Source: Candidatus Omnitrophota bacterium
GTDB lineage: Bacteria; Omnitrophota; Gorgyraeia; 2-01-FULL-45-10
NCBI GenBank assembly: GCA_023818895.1
Contig: JAMWCX010000003.1
Location: forward strand, 210,001-242,000
Direction of reading: 5' to 3'
Length of the DNA: 32,000 nt
Shown here in pieces: positions 17,690 to 27,873 of the stretch. Every line of letters begins with the position of its first letter. Position 1 is the stretch's first letter. The translations under genes and the position numbers were made by a program. Under the pieces are notes generated by a model. That model made no database searches and was not told the DNA's origin. It saw only the letters and a list, made by a program, of their open reading frames with translations.

Positions 17690-18604
17690 TTATCCCATCT
17701 TTAAAGATCCGATGAGTGATTTTATATTCTTGATGCCTCGCTTTTTCATATATATTTCCAGTCCTTTGACAATCTCGGCTGGCGTCTGGGGGTTCACAAA
17801 GTTGGCTGTCCCTACCTGAACGGCACTTGCCCCGCAGAGCATAAACTCCACAGCATCCGAGGCATTCATTATACCGCCTATTCCTATTATTGGCACTGAA
17901 GTCTTCTTGGCCGCCTCCCAAACGGCTCTCAAAGAAAGGGGTTTTATCGCCGGGCCGCTCAAGCCGCCTGTGACATTACCAAGTTTCGGTTTCCACGTAT
18001 CTACATCAACCGCCATGGCGATAAAGGTATTGGCGACTGAAAGGGCATCTGCACCCGCGGCTTCCGCGGCTTTCGCTATCTTGCCGATATCGGTAACGTT
18101 AGGGGACAATTTGACTATAACAGTAAGGTCTGTAGCGGCCCGGACAGCCTTTACAACCCGGTAGGTCGCTTTTTCATCTTGCGCTATAAGGCCTTCGCTG
18201 AGGCCGTATTTGATATTCGGGCAGGAGAGGTTAACTTCCAAAGCGTTTACTCTTGCGAACCTCGAAAGCGAGCGGGCGAGCCTGCTGAATTGTTTTTCGT
18301 CGTCACCTGCTATGCTTACGACAATCGGCGCCTCCAAGCCGCTCATGGCCGGCAGCTTATTTCTTATGAAATCTTCAACCCCTTTGTTCTCAAGCCCTAT
18401 TGAATTGAGCATGCCGGACGCTGTTTCAGCAATCCTTGGGGGCAGATTACCTGAACGCTCCTCCAGCGTTATGGTCTTGAGAACTACGGCGCCAATCAAA
18501 TCTGTCTCGGTAAGTTCGTCGTATTCTATGCCCCATGTGCCCGACGCCACCATCACAGGGTTTTTTAGTCTCAGCTTTCCAATCTTTACCGATAGATCTA
18601 CCAC
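17690..18604 (-). CDS. pyrD: Dihydroorotate dehydrogenase, class 1B catalytic subunit
   Basis: 304 aa with NPVMVASGT, NSIGLENKG, LSCPN and GGLSGPAIKP motifs. Paired with an upstream pyrK, which defines class 1B. Confidence 0.9.
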   Translation of the reverse strand: MVDLSVKIGKLRLKNPVMVASGTWGIEYDELTETDLIGAVVLKTITLEERSGNLPPRIAETASGMLNSIGLENKGVEDFIRNKLPAMSGLEAPIVVSIAGDDEKQFSRLARSLSRFARVNALEVNLSCPNIKYGLSEGLIAQDEKATYRVVKAVRAATDLTVIVKLSPNVTDIGKIAKAAEAAGADALSVANTFIAMAVDVDTWKPKLGNVTGGLSGPAIKPLSLRAVWEAAKKTSVPIIGIGGIMNASDAVEFMLCGASAVQVGTANFVNPQTPAEIVKGLEIYMKKRGIKNIKSLIGSLKMG

Positions 18605-19413
18605 ACTATATCCTCCGCGTTAAAAACAGGGCCGTCTTTGCAGACCATTTTGTATAGAACTGCGGACGGCGCGGTTGTAACATCAGATTTTATCCTGACA
18701 GGACAGCCAAGACAAACACCGATACCGCAGGCCATTCGTTCTTCGAGCGAAACCTGGCATGGCATACGCCCGGCCTTCGCTATGTCAGCAACCGCTTTAA
18801 GCATAGCGGTTGGGCCGCAGGCGTAGATGGCAGCCCTTTCAGCGAGCCTTCGAGCGAAGAGTAAATTTTTTAAAATATCTGTTGCCAGGCCCTTTTTCCC
18901 CTTGGAGCCGTCTTCGGTCGCCACCAAAACCTCACATCCCAATAAACGGAATTCTTTTTCACAAAGTACGTGTGCCCTCGTTTTTGCCCCGATAATAACG
19001 ACTATGTTTTTCTTTCGGTGCGACATTCTATCAGCGCCTTTATTTATTCGCTCCGCCAGGGCAAGAAGTGGCGCAACCCCTATTCCGCCTGCCACGAGCA
19101 GCGCGTCGCCTTCTTCTGAAACGGTGAAACCTTTGCCGAGGGGGCCTATGATATCGACATCCTCGCCGGCCCGTTTGGCGGAAAGGAGAGATGTCCCTTT
19201 GCCGACAACCTCGTAAAGCATCTCTATTCCGCCTTGCCATATTCTGTGCGCGCCGAGCGGCCTGCGTAGCAGAGGCTCTGTAGATAACGAACATCTTACC
19301 TCAAAAAATTGCCCGGGACTAGTCTGGCTGCCAAAATAGTCGGAGGCAACCCGCATCCTGTAGAACCCCTCGGCCACCTTTTCGTTTTTTAGTATCTTGA
19401 CCTTTTGTTGTTT
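18598..19413 (-). CDS. pyrK: Dihydroorotate dehydrogenase electron-transfer subunit (FAD, 2Fe-2S)
   Basis: FNR-like fold (RRPLGAH FAD-binding RxxS/H-type block, GGIGVAPL NAD/FAD block) and a C-terminal Cys cluster CGIGVCLGCPV...C. I prefer the ATG at 19413 (MKQQKVKILKNEKVAEGFYRMRV), which matches homologue N-termini. The track start at 19455 would overlap the upstream gene by 26 nt. The start remains uncertain. Confidence 0.85.
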   Translation of the reverse strand, partial: KQQKVKILKNEKVAEGFYRMRVASDYFGSQTSPGQFFEVRCSLSTEPLLRRPLGAHRIWQGGIEMLYEVVGKGTSLLSAKRAGEDVDIIGPLGKGFTVSEEGDALLVAGGIGVAPLLALAERINKGADRMSHRKKNIVVIIGAKTRAHVLCEKEFRLLGCEVLVATEDGSKGKKGLATDILKNLLFARRLAERAAIYACGPTAMLKAVADIAKAGRMPCQVSLEERMACGIGVCLGCPVRIKSDVTTAPSAVLYKMVCKDGPVFNAEDIVW

Positions 19414-19429
19414 CATTTTCTTACAGGTC

Positions 19430-20662
19430 CTATAAAAGATTCTCCTGTTTCTCAAAACTTAAGTCAAAGGCGCACAATACCTTCACCTTGCCATACTTAC
19501 CGTCGTAGCCAGGCTCTATCTTGACGTTACCGTTGCGCACATTCATTATGCCCTCTGCTACTCTAGTGGGGCAGTTGTGGTAAAGATCATCCTCGGAGGC
19601 GTATAAAAGGGCATTCATCTCATTTTTCAGATTCTTGATGATCCTCATATACTCCTTCTGCACGGCTAGTGAATCGGCTGATCTGCCTAATGCATTGGCC
19701 ACTATCTCGGCAAGGGGAACAACCTTTCTAAACGAAGGCCTGGCCTTAGGAACAAAACCCGCTTTTCTGTCAGCCAGCTCTTCGACGCGATGCATAACTC
19801 CTATGGTTACCTTCTTGCCGCAAACGGGGCACATATTGTTATTTCTGGAAGACTCCGCCGGCGAAAGGGCCACACCGCATAGCCGGTGGCCATCCCAGTG
19901 GTACTTTCCCTCCTCAGGAAAGAACTCTATGGTATAGAGAAATCTCTCGTCATTCTTACGCCTCAATATTTCGCAAAGGGCGGGATAATCTATCTTTTCC
20001 TTGAAAACATTAGCCTCTCTGCCTATCTTAGATGGCGAATGGGCATCTGAGTTGGACATCAGTGTGAAGCGGTCCAGGCTCGACCATCGCCAGTTCATCT
20101 CGGGATCGCTTGAAAGACCTGTTTCTATCGATAATATTTTAGGCGTCTGATCCTCAAAACATTCCTCGGCCGAATCGAAACCGGATCTCGAACCGAATAT
20201 GCTGAAGTGCGGAGTCCAAGCGTGACTGGGAACGCATAATATATTTTCGTCTATGGCCGAAAGAAGCTTAACCATTCTGTCGCATTCAAGATTCAGCACC
20301 GGTCTTCCGTCTGAAGAAAGATCACCGTATTCTGAAAGAAGACTGTTGATCTCGGCAGCGGTATTGAGATCGGGAGCGAAAATTATATTGTGCACTTTTC
20401 GTGTCCTGCCGGCCTTGAAATATATGTTGGAGACCTCCGCTGTCAGCACAAAATATATGCCGTCGCGCCGATAGACCCCGCGCTCAGGACCTTCAAGCGA
20501 GGACTTAAGCTCCGCAAACCAGCTCGGGTGGGTAAAATCGCCGGTGCCAAGCATCGCGATGCCTTTAGCCGCCGCCCATTTCGTCAGGGAGGAAATATCC
20601 ATGTCGTTTGACGTCGCTCGCGAATATCTTGAATGTATGTGGAAATCGGCGATGAAGCTCAT
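19430..20662 (-). CDS. PHP-domain phosphoesterase with Zn-ribbon, endonuclease Q (COG1379)-like
   Basis: The N-terminal DFHIHSRYSRATS...GTGDFTHP is the PHP metal-binding opening. A mid-protein SNSDAHSP is present. A Cys/His cluster GHRLC...CPVCGKKVTIGVMHRVEELADR is followed by C-terminal EPGYDGKYGKV. This layout matches what I recall for EndoQ-family proteins. Family membership needs HMM confirmation. Confidence 0.6.
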   Translation of the reverse strand: MSFIADFHIHSRYSRATSNDMDISSLTKWAAAKGIAMLGTGDFTHPSWFAELKSSLEGPERGVYRRDGIYFVLTAEVSNIYFKAGRTRKVHNIIFAPDLNTAAEINSLLSEYGDLSSDGRPVLNLECDRMVKLLSAIDENILCVPSHAWTPHFSIFGSRSGFDSAEECFEDQTPKILSIETGLSSDPEMNWRWSSLDRFTLMSNSDAHSPSKIGREANVFKEKIDYPALCEILRRKNDERFLYTIEFFPEEGKYHWDGHRLCGVALSPAESSRNNNMCPVCGKKVTIGVMHRVEELADRKAGFVPKARPSFRKVVPLAEIVANALGRSADSLAVQKEYMRIIKNLKNEMNALLYASEDDLYHNCPTRVAEGIMNVRNGNVKIEPGYDGKYGKVKVLCAFDLSFEKQENLL

Positions 20663-21162
20663 GGGCTATTCTTTGGTTGTTCGCCATCTGGCCGATGCGC
20701 GCGCTCAGCAGGTAAGCCGACAAGATTGTCAAGAAACTGATTTACCAGCATCCAGTGTGTTCCGCGCCAGTACACCTTGTCGCATTTCAGACATTTCATA
20801 AAAGAGTCTTGAGTATCAAAAACATATTCGGGGACCGATCCTTTTACCGATATCTTCTCAACGCTCTCCAATATCTCATTACAAAGAACGCACCTGCTAA
20901 ACAATGACCTTCTGTCTATATTAATATCGAGTTCCCGTATAATCTGCTCGAGCTGTTTCTCGACAAAATCGCTTGAGACCCTGATCATTCTCGTTCCGCT
21001 AAAACGCGACATCTTCGAGTCGCGCGTAAGTATTATCCTATCCTCCCTCAAGCTCTGTAGTACGACAGCCGCGCTGTCCTTCTCGAGAACAGTATCAAAT
21101 CCGAGTATGCGCAGCCACGTAACGAGTCTTCCAAGTTCTGCGGTGACTATAAAACGCACCAC
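20659..21162 (-). CDS. Mut7-C/DUF82 PIN-like RNase-domain protein with C-terminal zinc ribbon
   Basis: RFIVTAELGRLVTWLRILGFDT...RIILTRD...FSRCVLCNEIL...VPEYV...FMKCLKCDKVYWRGTHW follows the Mut7-C pattern (FxxDxMLGxLARWLRxLGYD...TRD...RCxxCN...CxxCxKxYWxGSH). The start is GTG (21162 or 21159). The stop overlaps the next start as ATGA. Confidence 0.72.
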   Translation of the reverse strand: MVRFIVTAELGRLVTWLRILGFDTVLEKDSAAVVLQSLREDRIILTRDSKMSRFSGTRMIRVSSDFVEKQLEQIIRELDINIDRRSLFSRCVLCNEILESVEKISVKGSVPEYVFDTQDSFMKCLKCDKVYWRGTHWMLVNQFLDNLVGLPAERAHRPDGEQPKNSP

Positions 21163-21204
21163 GCACCCTCTCGACCCTCACGCTTTTAACAGAAAGCGCA
21201 AGAA

Positions 21205-22494
21205 TCATACCATTATTTCTTCATCCTTCATCGCCAGGACACCGCCCACAAAGACATCTATAGCCTTGCCTTTAAGACGCCATCCTATAAAAGGCGAATT
21301 TTTTGATTTCGACTCGACCAATTCCTTTGTATAAACGTATTCCTTTTCCGGGTCTATCACCGTTATGTCCGCGGGCGATCCCTTTTTCAAGCTGCCGCCA
21401 CAGCAACCCAGTATCTTGGCTGGATTGGTCGACAATTTCATGACGAGATCCGGCCAGGAGAGGACGCCCTTGTCCAGAAGCTCCATCACACACAGTGATA
21501 GCGCCGTCTCAAAACCTATTATTCCGAAAGGCGCAAAATCAAATTCGACATCTTTTTCAGCATCCGTGTGCGGCGCATGGTCCGTGGCTATTACATCTAT
21601 AGTACCATCGGCAAGGGCCTCCTTTATGAACTCAACATCCGCTTTTGTCCTCAAGGGTGGGTTCATCTTTGTGTTCGTGTCATAAGATACACAGCAGTCT
21701 TCGGTAAGACTGAAATAATGAGGCGCTGTTTCGGCTGTGACCGGCAGGCGCGCCTTTTTCGCCTTGCGTATCAACTCAATCGATTTGGCGCAGCTTACAT
21801 GGGCTATATGAATTTTCGCGCGCGCTTTTTTAGCAAGCTCTATATCTCTTTTAACGAAGGTGCTTTCCGCCTCCGCAGGTATGCCGCGCAACCCCATCTT
21901 CGTTGAGATGAACCCTTTGTTCATGACGCCACCGGCCGACATCTTTGGGTCTTCACAATGATCTATTACTAAAAGGCCGCTTTTTCTGGCGGCCCTAAGC
22001 GCTTGAAGCATGATAGAGGCCTTTTCCACCGATGAGCCGTCATCCGAGACAGCCACCACCCCCTCTTTTTTCATCCCGGAAAACGCCGCGACCTTCCTGC
22101 CAGTCCGCTTCAAAGTAATGGCGCCGACCATCGCAACATGGCATGCTGCGTCCCGTTTTATGATGCCGCTGAGCTTTCTCACCATCTCTGGGCTATCTAT
22201 GGGCGGTTCCGTATTGGGCATACAGGCTATCGTAGTGAATCCGCCGCGCAGGGCGGCGCGTGTACCCGTAGCTATCGTCTCCTCATCCTCCCTGCCTGGT
22301 TCCCTAAGATGAGAGTGCATATCCACAAGGCCGGGTATGACGATCTTCCCTTTGGCGTTGATTTCGGTATCGCACTTTTCGTTAAGGTCTTTTGCAACCT
22401 TAGCTATTCTGTTTCCGTCAATCAATATGTCGCTGGTATCATCGATCTTAGATACCGGATCTACCACCCTGCCGCCCTTTATAAGGTATCTCAC
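21205..22494 (-). CDS. pyrC: Dihydroorotase
   Basis: 429 aa with GLVDMHSHLREPG (HxH metal site), a carboxylated-Lys region, DHAPH, and amidohydrolase-fold length. GTG start at 22494. Confidence 0.92.
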   Translation of the reverse strand: MRYLIKGGRVVDPVSKIDDTSDILIDGNRIAKVAKDLNEKCDTEINAKGKIVIPGLVDMHSHLREPGREDEETIATGTRAALRGGFTTIACMPNTEPPIDSPEMVRKLSGIIKRDAACHVAMVGAITLKRTGRKVAAFSGMKKEGVVAVSDDGSSVEKASIMLQALRAARKSGLLVIDHCEDPKMSAGGVMNKGFISTKMGLRGIPAEAESTFVKRDIELAKKARAKIHIAHVSCAKSIELIRKAKKARLPVTAETAPHYFSLTEDCCVSYDTNTKMNPPLRTKADVEFIKEALADGTIDVIATDHAPHTDAEKDVEFDFAPFGIIGFETALSLCVMELLDKGVLSWPDLVMKLSTNPAKILGCCGGSLKKGSPADITVIDPEKEYVYTKELVESKSKNSPFIGWRLKGKAIDVFVGGVLAMKDEEIMV

Positions 22495-22536
22495 CTGTGT
22501 GCCTTCTTTATTAAATTTTCAGATTTTTTGCGTTTC

Positions 22537-24055
<1,519 letters not shown>

Positions 24056-24093
24056 TTAGCTCCGGACTCGTAATACGAATCGCCCTATATGAT

Positions 24094-24129
24094 AAAAAAA
24101 TCCCGCCCATCTTTTAGAAGATGTGCGGG
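24094..24129 (-). terminator. Attenuator terminator in the pyr leader
   Basis: Minus strand reads CCCGCaCATCTT, loop ctaa, AAGATGgGCGGG (11 bp with one A/G mismatch), followed by ATTTTTTT. It lies 41 nt upstream of the pyrR ATG and downstream of the promoter. Confidence 0.8.
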
Positions 24130-24146
24130 TCTTCTGGCGCTGCATA

Positions 24147-24184
24147 TTCTCCTTTTCCGGACTCGCAGGACCGGTCTTAAAAGG
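24147..24184 (-). promoter_or_regulatory. Candidate PyrR-binding hairpin (anti-antiterminator)
   Basis: Minus strand reads CCUUUU aaga CCGG uccugcgagu CCGG AAAAGG agaa. It contains AGUCC-GGAAAA-GG, resembling the PyrR box ARUCCAGAGAGGYU: ARUCC is exact, followed by a purine loop with one extra nt and then GG. It lies between the promoter and the terminator, as in Bacillus-type pyr leaders. Confidence 0.5.
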
Positions 24185-24206
24185 TTTTTCATGATTTCCA
24201 TTTTTT

Positions 24207-24235
24207 ATTATAGCCGCCTTCGGGCCGCCTGTCAA
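24207..24235 (-). promoter_or_regulatory. Sigma-70-type promoter of the pyr operon
   Basis: Minus strand reads TTGACA (24235-24230), the 17-nt spacer ggcggcccgaaggcggc, then TATAAT (24212-24207). It is perfect consensus. The TGA stop of the upstream glycosyltransferase gene is embedded in the -35 hexamer. Confidence 0.7.
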
Positions 24236-25338
24236 CCCTTTTTGCTGCCCGCCCTCGTTCTCGAGCGCTCAACTACATCCCAAATCAGATACGCCATCTT
24301 CGGCGCGGTGACATTGATAGAATAGACTGCCTCGGCCTTTCTGCGACCTGCTTTGCCCATTCTCTGGCGTAAAGCGACATCGTCTCTAAGCATTGATAGG
24401 GCGCGTGCCCAAGCCGTATTGTCAGACGCCAAAAATCCGTTTACTCCCTCCTCAACGATTTCCGCGTTTACGCCGATCGGCGAAACAACTACCGGAAGGC
24501 CGCAGGCCATATATTGGATTGTCTTAAGCCCGCACTTGCCTCTCTCCCATAGACCATTATGCAGAGGCATTATGCCAACATCGCAGGATTCAAGATCCGT
24601 CACTTCGCTTGGTTCTGACCATGGCCTTGTCTCCACCGGCACCCCTGTAAGCTCAACTTTGCCCGCGCCTATCAAAACTACCTTGGCGCGCCCTCCATCG
24701 CAGACCTCCTTAAGCGCCGGCGATATCTCAGTAAGATATTTAGTGGTCGACGGGGACCCTATCCAGCCTATTGTGAAAATCCTATTTGCGGCGGGCCGCC
24801 TGATAGGGTAACGCTTCAGGTCGACGGCGGTAGGAATTACTTCGACCCTCGAAGAACCGGAGTTCAATGCGTATTCGGCCAGAAAATTATTTCCCGCTAT
24901 CACTAGGTCAGCCTGCCTCATAACAATGTCGATCTTTCTGCCGAGAACTCGGCGAACAAAGCGGTTTTGATGCTGGCTGTATCTGTAAAAGACGGCGTCG
25001 TCATAATTTGCTATATAGGGGATGCCCAGTGCGTTTAGCATATTTTCAAATACCGGAGGGGAAAATGGCAGTATTTCATATTCCACGATCACAACATCAT
25101 ATTTGCGCGCTCCACTGATGGCCCAAAGCCTTCTTGCAAGCGCCTTGGCATAGTCTAGGACGCTTCCTCTCTTCATAGAATAAAGATGGTTTAGATAGCG
25201 GGAGTCGGTAAGCGGTGAAAAGTCACATCTTATGCCCTGCGACTCAAGATATGGAAAATACTGTAGAAAGCGGTACCTACTTGAGGCGCCCTCACGCGAG
25301 TATTTGGTAAGAAATAACGCCTTTATCGTCTCTTTCAT
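24232..25338 (-). CDS. Glycosyltransferase, GT-B fold family 1/4
   Basis: 368 aa. The C-terminal nucleotide-sugar binding block ERGKCGLKTIQYMACGLPVVVSPIGVNAEIVEEGVNGFLA is typical of the GT1/GT4 E-x7-E region. Confidence 0.75.
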   Translation of the reverse strand: MKETIKALFLTKYSREGASSRYRFLQYFPYLESQGIRCDFSPLTDSRYLNHLYSMKRGSVLDYAKALARRLWAISGARKYDVVIVEYEILPFSPPVFENMLNALGIPYIANYDDAVFYRYSQHQNRFVRRVLGRKIDIVMRQADLVIAGNNFLAEYALNSGSSRVEVIPTAVDLKRYPIRRPAANRIFTIGWIGSPSTTKYLTEISPALKEVCDGGRAKVVLIGAGKVELTGVPVETRPWSEPSEVTDLESCDVGIMPLHNGLWERGKCGLKTIQYMACGLPVVVSPIGVNAEIVEEGVNGFLASDNTAWARALSMLRDDVALRQRMGKAGRRKAEAVYSINVTAPKMAYLIWDVVERSRTRAGSKKG

Positions 25339-25346
25339 CTTTTTCT

Positions 25347-26009
25347 CTAAAGAATAACTATAAATTCGCCGCGGGGTCTTGATCTCGTAAAATGTTCCAA
25401 CGCGGCCGATACCTTCTCCCTGCGAATCTCTTCAAATTTTTTGGTGAGCTCCCTTGCCAACACTACCTCCACATCGCCGTAGATCTCAAGGATATCGTAT
25501 AAAAGCTTTGTTATCCTGTGAGGCGATTCGTAAAGAATAACTGTTCTGCCTTCGGCCTTTAGTTTGGCCAACTCGTTTTTGCGGCGTAATCCTTTGGGCG
25601 AAAGAAAGCCTTCGAAGGTGAATGCATTGGTCGGTTTACCAGAAACGGTCAGTGCGGTTATTATGCCCGATGGTCCCGGTATAGGTACAACGGGTATGCC
25701 ATTATCTATTGCCATACGTATTATTCCCCATCCCGGGTCGGATATACCGGGGGTTCCCGCATCGGATACAAGAGCGACGGATTTGCCGTCCTTAAGAAAC
25801 TTCAGCAAATATTCGGACTTTTGGGTCTTGTTATATTCAAAATAACTACTCGTGGGCGTCTTTATTCCATAGCGGGAAAGGAGTATCTTGGTATGACGTG
25901 TATCCTCAGCGGCGATCATATTCACTTTCTTTAACGTGTCGACCGCGCGGAATGTTATGTCTTCCAGATTTCCGATTGGGGTTGAAACTATGTAAAGGGT
26001 CCCCGGCAT
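25347..26009 (-). CDS. rsmI: 16S rRNA (cytidine1402-2'-O)-methyltransferase
   Basis: MPGTLYIVSTPIGNLEDITFRAVDTLKKVNMIAAEDTRHT... and SDAGTPGISDPG are the tetrapyrrole-methylase-fold RsmI signatures. Confidence 0.88.
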   Translation of the reverse strand: MPGTLYIVSTPIGNLEDITFRAVDTLKKVNMIAAEDTRHTKILLSRYGIKTPTSSYFEYNKTQKSEYLLKFLKDGKSVALVSDAGTPGISDPGWGIIRMAIDNGIPVVPIPGPSGIITALTVSGKPTNAFTFEGFLSPKGLRRKNELAKLKAEGRTVILYESPHRITKLLYDILEIYGDVEVVLARELTKKFEEIRREKVSAALEHFTRSRPRGEFIVIL

Positions 26010-26013
26010 AATA

Positions 26014-27873
26014 TTATTCGACAGTCACCGATTTGGCCAGATTTCTCGGCTGATCGATATCGTATCCGAATTCGAGCGCGACATAATAGGCCAGAAGTTG
26101 CAACGGTATGACCACTATTAGCGGCGAAAAAAACTCTTCTACGGCGGGTAATTCTACCAGGTAATTCACGCTATGATGCAAGATCTCCTCGTCACCTTCC
26201 GTGACTAATGCTATCACGATGCCCCCGCGCGCTTTTATTTCCTGTATATTAGATAGCATCTTATCGTACGTTTTTGAGCGTGTCGCGATGCAGACAACCC
26301 AAGGGTTTTCATCGATAAGGGCTATCGGGCCGTGTTTCATCTCGCCGGCGGGATAGCCTTCTGCGCTTATATATGAGATTTCCTTCAGCTTAAGTGCCCC
26401 CTCGAGGGCGTTAGGATAATTTATGTTTCGGCCGAGATACAAAAAATATGATTTGTTATGCTTCTCGTGATAATACCTCTTGAACTCCTGGGCATACGCG
26501 GCGATTTTGTTGTAATCGGACTTGTATTCCGCCAGCAGGTCTTCCATTAGAGATGGCAATTTCTTAAATTGGCTGACCAGCGAATCAAGGCGCGATCGTT
26601 TTACAGTGTTACGCAAGGAGGCAAGGTACATGGTCAACAGATAAAATACGGCCAGCTGCGCCGTGTAGGCCTTAGTAGAAGCCACGGCTATCTCCGGGCC
26701 AGCGTGCGTGTAGATGACGCCGTTTGCTTCCCTGGCTATGGAGCTACCGAGAACGTTGCATATCCCAAGCGTCTTTGCCTTGCGCCTTTTGGCCTCCCTC
26801 AGCGCGGCAAGGCTATCGGCGGTTTCGCCAGACTGCGATACTATTATTACCAGCGTATCCTCGCCGACCAGCGGGTCCCTATAGCGGAATTCGCTTGATG
26901 TATCCACCCAGCATGGTATCCGGGCGTATTCCTCTATCATATATTTACCGGTGAGACCGGCATGATAGGCGGTCCCGCATGCCACAATCGCTATCCTTTT
27001 AATACACCGTAGGTCGGATTCCTTTAACTTGAGTTCGTCAAATACTATGCGACCACGTCTGATCCTTTCGTCTAAGATCCTTTGTAAGACATCGGCCTGC
27101 TCAAATATCTCCTTCAACATGAAATGTCTATAGCCGCATTTTTCAGCCTGGCTGATATCCCATTTCACTTTTGAGACTTTGGGCTTAACTACGCGGCCGG
27201 CGCCGTTGGTAATCTTGACGCCGCTTCTGGTCATAGTCACTATATCATGGTTTTCGAGGTAGATGACTTCTTTGGTGTAATCGAGAATCGCCGGCACATC
27301 ACTCGCCAGAAAGTTTTCGCCTTTGCCGATACCAACGATAAGGGGGGAGTCGCATCTTGCCCCTACTATTCTTCCCGAATCCTTCTCATGTATGGCCGCT
27401 ATGGCATATGACCCTTTAAGGATAGCTGTCGTCTTGCGCACCGCGGCCTCAAGGTCACCCTTATAATTATCCTCGATCAAGTGGGATATCGTCTCTGTGT
27501 CAGTATCGGATATAAACCTGTGGCCTTTCTTTTTTAGGTATTTTTTAAGCTCGAGGTAATTCTCTATTATGCCGTTATGAACTACGGCTATCTTCCCCGA
27601 GCAGTCGAGATGGGGATGGGCATTCGTGTCGTTGGGAACACCATGTGTAGCCCACCTTGTGTGACCTATTCCCATGGTTCCGCTCAAGGGATTGGATGCG
27701 AGCTCCCTGGCAAGGACGCTAAGTTTTCCCTGCCTTTTAACCGCGTTGATCCTACCATCCTTGAGTATCGCAACGCCGGCTGAATCATACCCTCTGTATT
27801 CGAGGCGGCTCAAACCCTTAAGCAGGACTTCCTGGGCTGTGCGCTCACCTATGTAACCCACTATACCGCACAT
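26014..27873 (-). CDS. glmS: Glutamine--fructose-6-phosphate aminotransferase (isomerising)
   Basis: MCGIVGYIG has the catalytic Cys2. Two SIS domains are present (SQSGETADSL). The C-terminus ...RNLAKSVTVE is the canonical GlmS end. SD AAGGAG lies 9 nt upstream, inside nagA. Confidence 0.97.
   Translation of the reverse strand: MCGIVGYIGERTAQEVLLKGLSRLEYRGYDSAGVAILKDGRINAVKRQGKLSVLARELASNPLSGTMGIGHTRWATHGVPNDTNAHPHLDCSGKIAVVHNGIIENYLELKKYLKKKGHRFISDTDTETISHLIEDNYKGDLEAAVRKTTAILKGSYAIAAIHEKDSGRIVGARCDSPLIVGIGKGENFLASDVPAILDYTKEVIYLENHDIVTMTRSGVKITNGAGRVVKPKVSKVKWDISQAEKCGYRHFMLKEIFEQADVLQRILDERIRRGRIVFDELKLKESDLRCIKRIAIVACGTAYHAGLTGKYMIEEYARIPCWVDTSSEFRYRDPLVGEDTLVIIVSQSGETADSLAALREAKRRKAKTLGICNVLGSSIAREANGVIYTHAGPEIAVASTKAYTAQLAVFYLLTMYLASLRNTVKRSRLDSLVSQFKKLPSLMEDLLAEYKSDYNKIAAYAQEFKRYYHEKHNKSYFLYLGRNINYPNALEGALKLKEISYISAEGYPAGEMKHGPIALIDENPWVVCIATRSKTYDKMLSNIQEIKARGGIVIALVTEGDEEILHHSVNYLVELPAVEEFFSPLIVVIPLQLLAYYVALEFGYDIDQPRNLAKSVTVE

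Noticed and set aside
8694-21162. Reading the three nuclease-fold genes (GIY-YIG, EndoQ-like PHP, Mut7-C PIN-like) as an anti-phage defence island
   Set aside because: They are not clustered as an island. GIY-YIG is over 10 kb from the other two. All are embedded in housekeeping operons. There are no companion ATPase, helicase, methyltransferase, TIR, Sir2 or toxin-antitoxin genes and no mobile-element flanks. No compositional break is visible by eye.
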